Positions 59,236-64,000 of a DNA stretch of 64,000 bases are shown piece after piece. Both the position numbers and the translations under genes were made by a program. The notes beneath the pieces were generated by a model. The model had not been told where the DNA came from and searched no databases. It saw nothing but the letters and a program-made list of their open reading frames with translations. Every line of letters begins with the position of its first letter. Position 1 is the first letter of the stretch. The stretch covers positions 192,001 to 256,000 of the forward strand of contig CAWJEN010000003.1 of the NCBI GenBank assembly GCA_963841915.1. Reading direction: 5' to 3'. This DNA comes from an uncultured Planctomycetota bacterium. GTDB lineage: Bacteria > Planctomycetota > Phycisphaerae > Tepidisphaerales > Tepidisphaeraceae.

Positions 59236-61239
59236 TCAGGCCCGGCGACCCTTAGCTTCTTCGGCCTCGGCGAAAAGCGAGGTGCTCGAGTTGGCGTTGA
59301 AGCCGAAGTTGCCACGCAGGATGGCGAAGTCGAGGATGCTCACCGTGCCGTCACCGTTGGCATCGCCCTGGCTGTAGAGGCTGCCCGACCCGAAGCCGGC
59401 ACGCAGGCGGGCGAAGTCGAGGATGCTGACCGTGCCGTCGAGGTTGAAGTCGGCGAAGGCGGTGCCGATGACGTCGCGGATCAGAACCTCGGAATCGGTG
59501 CCCTCACCGGTGCCGAGGGTGATGACGTCATCGCCGGTCAGATCGAGGTTCTCCTGAGCCAGCAAGCTGCCACTTTGGGCGGCGACGTAGTAGGCGTCGA
59601 CGTCGTCAGGCGTAACGAGGCCGTCCTTCAGGAAGGCATCACCCAGCGTGAAGCTGTGGTAGTTCTGGCCGTTGATGAAGAAGCCGTTGTTAAAGGCGTC
59701 GAGCTCTTCGTAAACGATGGTGTTCGTGTCGAGGTCGAACACGTACAGATCGCTCGTCACTGCGGGCAGGGAGCCGCCGTCACGGTCGAAGATGTAGAGC
59801 TGGTTCTTGCCACGCTCGTAGAACGAATAACGGCCGTCCGTCACGCCGGTGTCGTCGTCGAGTGTCGGCGTGATGAAATCAGAGACGGTGTAACCGCCGG
59901 GAAGGATCTCGGTTCGGCCGTCCATGTCGGTGTCGCCACCGGCGTAGCTGACGATGTCGCGCGTGATGACACGAAGCTCTTCCTGCGGGCCGCCGTCGAC
60001 ATTCGGGAAGAAGCCGCTCTCGACGATGATGAGGTCACCGTTCTCGTCGACGTCGAACACGTCGAGTTCGCCGTCATTCGTGCCGGCGTCGACGGTCGGA
60101 TCTTCGTCAAGAAGGAACTGAGCGTCCTGATTGCCATCGATGAACTGGAACTGCGCCTTCTCGAAGCTGCGAGCTGCAAAGTCGAGCTCGAAGAAGGCCA
60201 GCGTGTCACCGCCGCCGTCACGGTCAGCCGCCCAGAAGCCCTGGACGCCTTCGACGTCTGCGTAGCTGATGCCGTCAAGATCGCCTTGTGTCAGCGATCC
60301 AGCCACACCATCGAGCTCGAGCTCGCCGTCAAGTTCGAAGATCTCCCAGCTTTCGCTGTTCTCCAGGCCGTTGTAACCGCCGAGCTCGCCTGCACCGAGG
60401 CCGGCGTCACCGGGCTCGCGGGCCAGGCCCTGCGTCGCACCGACGCGCTCGATCGTGAAGATGCCGTATTCGGCCGGCTGGGACTCGTCGACATCGACCG
60501 TGTCGGGATTGTCTTCGATCTCGTCCACGGTGCGATCGAGCAGGAGCAGCTTGCCACTGTCGATGAATTCGAGTGTCCGCTCGTTGTAGAAATCGTTCGT
60601 CTGCGGGCGGGGCACCTCGGCGATCTTGTCGACGGCACCGTCCAGGAAGACGATGTCGTTGGACGGATCGGCGTCGGTGTTGTCGCGATCAGCCGGGATG
60701 CCGAACAAGCCGGCAAAAACGCCCGGAAGCCCGGTCGGACCGTCCGGGAAGCTGCCGTAGTTGGCGTTGTAGTCGAAGCCGTCCGGGCCAACTGAAGGTA
60801 CGTATAGCGCGCCTGCCGGGCGATTGTTGCCGACAAAGTCGTTGTAAACGCTGGCAAAGTCGAAGCGGTAGACGTCGTAGTCACCAGCAACATCCTGATC
60901 GTTACCTGACGTGTTGCCTGGCGTACCGCCGTCGGTGCCGAGGAAGTATGTGTCGCCGTTGGTCGGGTTGACCGTGACGGCGGCGACTTCTTCATTACCG
61001 AAGCCGTTGGCGTCCTCATAGGCACCAATGGAAAAGGCGGGCAGGTCGTTGAGTCCGCCGAAGCCCGGCTCGTCGATGTCGCTGACGTCGAAGTAGTTCA
61101 CGCCGCGTGGCAGAACGCCGAAGTTCTGCGAGACGTTGGCGACGGCGATGAAGGTCGGGGCGCCGAAGTCGGTAGACGACAGCAGGCGACGGCCTTCGAG
61201 CGTTTCAATGACGTTGCGGTTGTTCAATTTGTTAGACAT
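59236..61239 (-). CDS. Secreted LEGRRLL-motif protein with C-terminal dockerin-type repeats
   Basis: ETLEGRRLLS. ADFNLDGTVSILDFARL and GDANGDGTVSILDFAIL repeats. GGGAG SD. Confidence 0.85.
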   Translation of the reverse strand: MSNKLNNRNVIETLEGRRLLSSTDFGAPTFIAVANVSQNFGVLPRGVNYFDVSDIDEPGFGGLNDLPAFSIGAYEDANGFGNEEVAAVTVNPTNGDTYFLGTDGGTPGNTSGNDQDVAGDYDVYRFDFASVYNDFVGNNRPAGALYVPSVGPDGFDYNANYGSFPDGPTGLPGVFAGLFGIPADRDNTDADPSNDIVFLDGAVDKIAEVPRPQTNDFYNERTLEFIDSGKLLLLDRTVDEIEDNPDTVDVDESQPAEYGIFTIERVGATQGLAREPGDAGLGAGELGGYNGLENSESWEIFELDGELELDGVAGSLTQGDLDGISYADVEGVQGFWAADRDGGGDTLAFFELDFAARSFEKAQFQFIDGNQDAQFLLDEDPTVDAGTNDGELDVFDVDENGDLIIVESGFFPNVDGGPQEELRVITRDIVSYAGGDTDMDGRTEILPGGYTVSDFITPTLDDDTGVTDGRYSFYERGKNQLYIFDRDGGSLPAVTSDLYVFDLDTNTIVYEELDAFNNGFFINGQNYHSFTLGDAFLKDGLVTPDDVDAYYVAAQSGSLLAQENLDLTGDDVITLGTGEGTDSEVLIRDVIGTAFADFNLDGTVSILDFARLRAGFGSGSLYSQGDANGDGTVSILDFAILRGNFGFNANSSTSLFAEAEEAKGRRA

Positions 61240-61499
61240 CTGAGCGTTTCTCCCGAGCGTGTGGGGTCGTAGGACGAGTCTGCCGCCGGCCGGGGATCGG
61301 CAGACTGGCGGACGCTGACATGGTTGCCGAACAACATGAGGTTGTCGCGGCTGCTGCATGAAGAAGGCGCTAAGACCGCATGACCTGTTCCGGGGGTCGA
61401 GAGGCATGTTCCGCCTGTACCGCTTGGCTCCCGAGTCGGCCAGGCCTCGCGACAACTTGTGCACCGGCTACCTGCCCTCCGCTTCCGTAGGATCGTCGC

Positions 61500-62435
61500 T
61501 TGCTCCAGAAGGATTCACCCTCGTCCGTGACTCTAGCCCCGATCGGCCTCTTGGCCGCCGTTGGGGCCAACAGCATCTGGGGCTTCGTGCCGCTCTACTA
61601 CGGGCCGTTTCTGTCGCACGTCGAGCCGTGGACCACGGTCGCTTACCGCGCGGTGCTATCGCTGCCGTTGCTGTGGCTGGCGTCGACCGTGATCCGCGAG
61701 CGGGTGCCTGATCGCAAGACACCCGCCTGGGTGTCGCCCGTGTGCGGCCTGCTGATCGGCTTCAACTGGTTGCTTTTCGTCGTGCTGGCCACCACAGGGC
61801 GAGTCATCGAAGGGTCGCTCGGCTACTTCATCACGCCGTTGCTCATGCTGGCAGCAGGCATCGTGCTGCTGGGTGAGCGGCTGACACGTCAGCAGGCAGT
61901 GGCCTTTGCCGTGGCGGGCGTGGGTGGTGTCGTCTTCGCCGTCGCTTCGTATCGCATGGGTGGCGACGGCAGTGTCGCCGGCATGATGCTCGCGATGGTG
62001 ATGGCCGTCGCCGTCGCGTTCTACGTCAGCATCCGTCGCAAATACGACGTGCCCGGCATGGTCGGGCTGCGGCGAGAGATCACCTGGCTCGTCCCGGCAG
62101 CCTTGATCTACCTCGTTCTCGCCGAGGCTCCCGGTGGCGAAGGCACACCGTTTTCGCTGCCGGTCTCGCTGGCCTTTCTGCTCGGTGCTGCCGTCCTGAC
62201 GGTCATACCTTTGACGCTGTTCGGGCTGGCGACTCGCTTGTTGCCGCTACGCACGCTCGGCTTCGTCCACTACGTCGGCCCGTCGCTCCAACTGCTCTGC
62301 GGCTGGTTGCTGCTCGACGAGGTTATGACGCCGCTCCGCTGGACGGGCTTGTCGATCATCTGGATCGCCCTTGCCATCTACTCGACCGGCAAGCGGGCAA
62401 AAGTGCAACCGGCAGACCTGCACATCGATCCGTAG
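61500..62435 (+). CDS. rarD: RarD / EamA-family transporter
   Basis: IWGFVPLY, LIGFNWLLF, SLGYFITPL and GFVHYVGPSLQL motifs. Confidence 0.85.
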   Translation: MLQKDSPSSVTLAPIGLLAAVGANSIWGFVPLYYGPFLSHVEPWTTVAYRAVLSLPLLWLASTVIRERVPDRKTPAWVSPVCGLLIGFNWLLFVVLATTGRVIEGSLGYFITPLLMLAAGIVLLGERLTRQQAVAFAVAGVGGVVFAVASYRMGGDGSVAGMMLAMVMAVAVAFYVSIRRKYDVPGMVGLRREITWLVPAALIYLVLAEAPGGEGTPFSLPVSLAFLLGAAVLTVIPLTLFGLATRLLPLRTLGFVHYVGPSLQLLCGWLLLDEVMTPLRWTGLSIIWIALAIYSTGKRAKVQPADLHIDP

Positions 62436-62442
62436 CAACCAC

Positions 62443-63603
62443 TTAGGCCATCGACTGCAGGCCGCGAACTTCGCCCTCGTCGTCTGACTCAGGCGCAGGG
62501 GCAGCGGTCGACGTCTTCAGCGCTCTCGCCAACTCGCGAGCCGTCAGCTCGCTGATGTGCAGCCACGTGCCGGGAGTCTTCTTCGGAGCGAACAGGTGCG
62601 CTGTAGCCAGCGACACGCGCTCAAAAGCATCGACTGCAAAGGGTCGCGGCTCTTGCTCCGCAAGCAGTTCCTTTGCCGCCTCCAGGACGGCAGAACGCGT
62701 GACCACGTCGGCATCGAGTGCGACTGCAGCGACGAAACGAGACTGAGTCGGAGACACTGCAAACAGCTTGGCAAAGCCGTCGCCACCTGGCAGGACTGCG
62801 AGGTAACGAAACTGATCTATCGGCCTGCACAACCGCCAGTTGCCGTCGCGCAAGGCTGCGATCTTGACCGCGTACCCCTTAATGGCCGCCGCCTGCTCGA
62901 ACGCGAGCGATTCCGCGGCTTCCCGCATTCGCGTCTGGAGTCGCTCCACTGCCGCCGGTGGATCAGCCAGCACAACCGCCGCTTCGCCCACGAGCGCCCG
63001 GTAAGCATCGAGCGACACACCGCCCGGCAGCCCCTCACACGGCCCGACACATCTTCCCATCTGCCGCCATTGACACGGATCGCTGTCTTTACTTGTCAAG
63101 CGTTCCCAATCCCGGCACAGGTCGAACGCCTCCTCGACCGCCCGGATGAGCTTGTCCGCATGATGCTTGTCGGCCAGCGGGCCGATGTAGATGCCCGTTT
63201 GCTTGTCGATCTTGTTCTGTCTGGTCAGGCGTGGGTAGGTCGTCTCCGGGTTGAGGTGGACGAACCAAGCCTGGTTGAAGCCGAGAACGCCGCCGTAGCT
63301 CTCGGGGAAGCAGACGCGTGCCGCTTCGAGATATGTCAGATCCTGTTCGAACGCACTGTCGACCCGCGTCCACCAGACCCGCCGGACGATGCCGGTGAGA
63401 TCCGCTCGGCGCGTCGGCTCGTCTTGGATGGCGAGCCGACGCCGCAGGCTTGCCCGCAGATTCTTGACGCACAGAAGCTGAACCGGCCGGTCTTGCTCGT
63501 CGGCCAGCAGGTAGACACACCACGCGGCCGGCACGTCAAGCGCGATCGCCTCGACACCGGCGTTCGGATCAAACTCGATCGCGTGCTCGAACAGCTCCTG
63601 CAT
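62443..63603 (-). CDS. UvrC/Cho-like protein (degenerate GIY-YIG, Cys cluster, UVR domain)
   Basis: CVYLLAD...KNLR, YIGP, LC...PC...RCVGPC and MREAAESLAFEQAA motifs. Confidence 0.8.
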   Translation of the reverse strand: MQELFEHAIEFDPNAGVEAIALDVPAAWCVYLLADEQDRPVQLLCVKNLRASLRRRLAIQDEPTRRADLTGIVRRVWWTRVDSAFEQDLTYLEAARVCFPESYGGVLGFNQAWFVHLNPETTYPRLTRQNKIDKQTGIYIGPLADKHHADKLIRAVEEAFDLCRDWERLTSKDSDPCQWRQMGRCVGPCEGLPGGVSLDAYRALVGEAAVVLADPPAAVERLQTRMREAAESLAFEQAAAIKGYAVKIAALRDGNWRLCRPIDQFRYLAVLPGGDGFAKLFAVSPTQSRFVAAVALDADVVTRSAVLEAAKELLAEQEPRPFAVDAFERVSLATAHLFAPKKTPGTWLHISELTARELARALKTSTAAPAPESDDEGEVRGLQSMA

Positions 63604-63630
63604 CGTCGCGGGTAAGGCCTGCCCGATGAC

Positions 63631-63999
63631 TCAGCTCGACGGCTCGGCGAGCTTCAGCGTGACGTAATTCACAACCGCCTGCACGGTGAAGAGCTTGCTG
63701 ATCTCCTCGAGATCGTCACCCGCATTCAGCTCCGCAAAATCGGCGTGTGGCATGCGGCTCTTGAGCTCGTTGACGCCTGCCTCCGTCAGCTTGCTGTCGC
63801 GGACGAAGTCAGGATTGTTCTGCAAGTCCTCGGGCATCATGTCGCCCTTGGGAATCTTGATGTCGAAAGCCTTCTCGAGACGGAACTGGATATCGAGAAA
63901 GTCGATCGATTCGGCCCCGAGATCATCCCGGATGACTGCATCGGGCGTGACTTCCTCGTCATCGACACTGAGCGCGTCGACGAGTACTTCACGGACCTT
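63631..63999 (-). CDS. acpP: Acyl carrier protein, long form (5' truncated by the window edge)
   Basis: KVREVLVDALSVD...DLGAESIDFLDIQFRLEKAFDI...TVQAVVNYV. Confidence 0.88.
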   Translation of the reverse strand, partial: KVREVLVDALSVDDEEVTPDAVIRDDLGAESIDFLDIQFRLEKAFDIKIPKGDMMPEDLQNNPDFVRDSKLTEAGVNELKSRMPHADFAELNAGDDLEEISKLFTVQAVVNYVTLKLAEPSS

Positions 64000-64000
64000 C

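Overview
High-GC (roughly two-thirds, by eye) bacterial chromosome segment, most likely from a planctomycete of the class Phycisphaerae. This is an inference from the LERRRLL/LEGRRLL N-terminal motifs, a prepilin DUF1559-type protein, PEP-CTERM and dockerin proteins, and a long ACP. The window is gene-dense and mostly housekeeping: an anmK-murQ-SSS-nagZ amino-sugar operon, def-fmt, waaF, tRNA-Arg(TCT), mqnA, rodA, mtnK, astA, serA, prfB, scpA, an nfeD-nfeD-floA-yqfB operon, xylA, rarD, a uvrC-like gene and acpP. Two parS palindromes and scpA suggest an origin-proximal position. Highlights: (1) a small AT-rich cassette bracketed by inverted arrays of a ~20-bp repeat, next to a decayed ORF and an XRE regulator (9229-10780); (2) a pervasive TAnnnT-(5-7 nt)-start-codon architecture implying mostly leaderless mRNAs; (3) a prfB +1 frameshift site with no internal Shine-Dalgarno but a perfect hairpin in its place; (4) an apparently catalytically dead UvrC/Cho-like protein; (5) a bacterial homologue of the plant L-arabinokinase domain. 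Single-base frameshifts in two genes may be sequencing errors. No CRISPR array, rRNA, transposase or integrase was found. All family assignments come from motif recognition by eye, not database searches.
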